This document shows positions 63,523 through 64,000 of a stretch of 64,000 bases of DNA, one piece after another. Positions within the stretch are counted from its first letter, which is position 1; each line of letters begins with the position of its first letter. The stretch spans positions 27,528,001 to 27,592,000 of the forward strand of contig CM060731.1 of NCBI GenBank assembly GCA_030704615.1, written 5' to 3'. The notes below the pieces were generated by a model. The model was not told the origin of the DNA. It ran no database searches and saw only the letters and a program-made list of their open reading frames with translations. The translations under genes were made by a program, and so were the position numbers. The DNA is from Takakia lepidozioides (taxonomy: Eukaryota; Plantae; Bryophyta).

Positions 63523-64000
63523 TTATTTTGAAGCATCATATCTGAGACTCTTAAAACCGTTGTCCTCAATAAAATCCCAGAGTGGCATAAACTTGGGATC
63601 GTTTGAAACATTGGGAAAAAAACTCAACCCTATCTTTTTTTTCCTAAGATAGCTTGAAACAGTGGGATGTTTCCTCATTCTAAGCAAATAGGTCTGAAGA
63701 ACCTTGAGAAGATAGCAACCATCAGTCTCCACGGTCTGGAACGGTTTGAGAACAAGACATGAGTCGGGCGGGTTCAATACACACTTCATGGCGGTGTCGT
63801 CAATGAGCAGAGTGTTACTCTTGGTGTATTGTCAACCAAATCTCTGCTAGACCTTGACCAGTGGCTTCAAAAACAAATGAGGAGGGTCCAATCTTGATTT
63901 GAATTGAGGGTGAACCGAAGTGAGACATGAAATACAATCCTCTTGAGACATAACTAAGGCCGGTTGAGGTAGACCACGAAGCAAAAAATCCATGATGGGC
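63523..64000 (-). pseudogene. FCP1-homology domain, copy 2 (C-terminal half; continues beyond the window)
   Basis: The frame reads FLKPLVKV*QRFG*QYTKSNTLLIDDTAMKCVLNPPDSCLVLKPF...LLKVLQTYLLRM, matching the NIF-family NTLLIDD..K...NP motif. Confidence 0.65.

Overview
This is eukaryotic, land-plant nuclear DNA. It is most likely a moss or other bryophyte, inferred from the PLS-type PPR relics, the conserved GGP uORF and the repeat style. Two host genes can be rebuilt exon by exon. The first is the 5' part of GDP-L-galactose phosphorylase (GGP/VTC2, minus strand, running off the left edge) with its ACG-initiated uORF. The second is a complete 11-exon organellar YchF/OLA1 ATPase (14773-23603, plus strand). 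The rest is a nest of transposons: hAT-type MITEs with perfect 8-bp TSDs, a decayed hAT transposase, an intronic LINE relic, a ~9-kb Sola-like DNA transposon, PPR pseudogenes and two Ty3/Gypsy elements. The standout is the Gypsy element at ~53.1-60.1 kb. Its polyprotein reads Gag - zinc knuckles - protease - DNMT3-like C5 cytosine methyltransferase with intact catalytic motifs - (RT/RNase H removed in frame) - integrase - PHD finger. A 1.5-kb array with a 10-bp period and a CHG site in each unit lies just upstream. A second, more speculative system links three DNA-transposon fragments through a shared 22-24-bp palindrome. These carry a Sola-like transposase, an RNA polymerase II CTD-like repeat peptide that the ORF track misses, and two FCP1/NIF-type CTD-phosphatase-like domains. 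All family assignments come from recognising motifs by eye; no searches were run.
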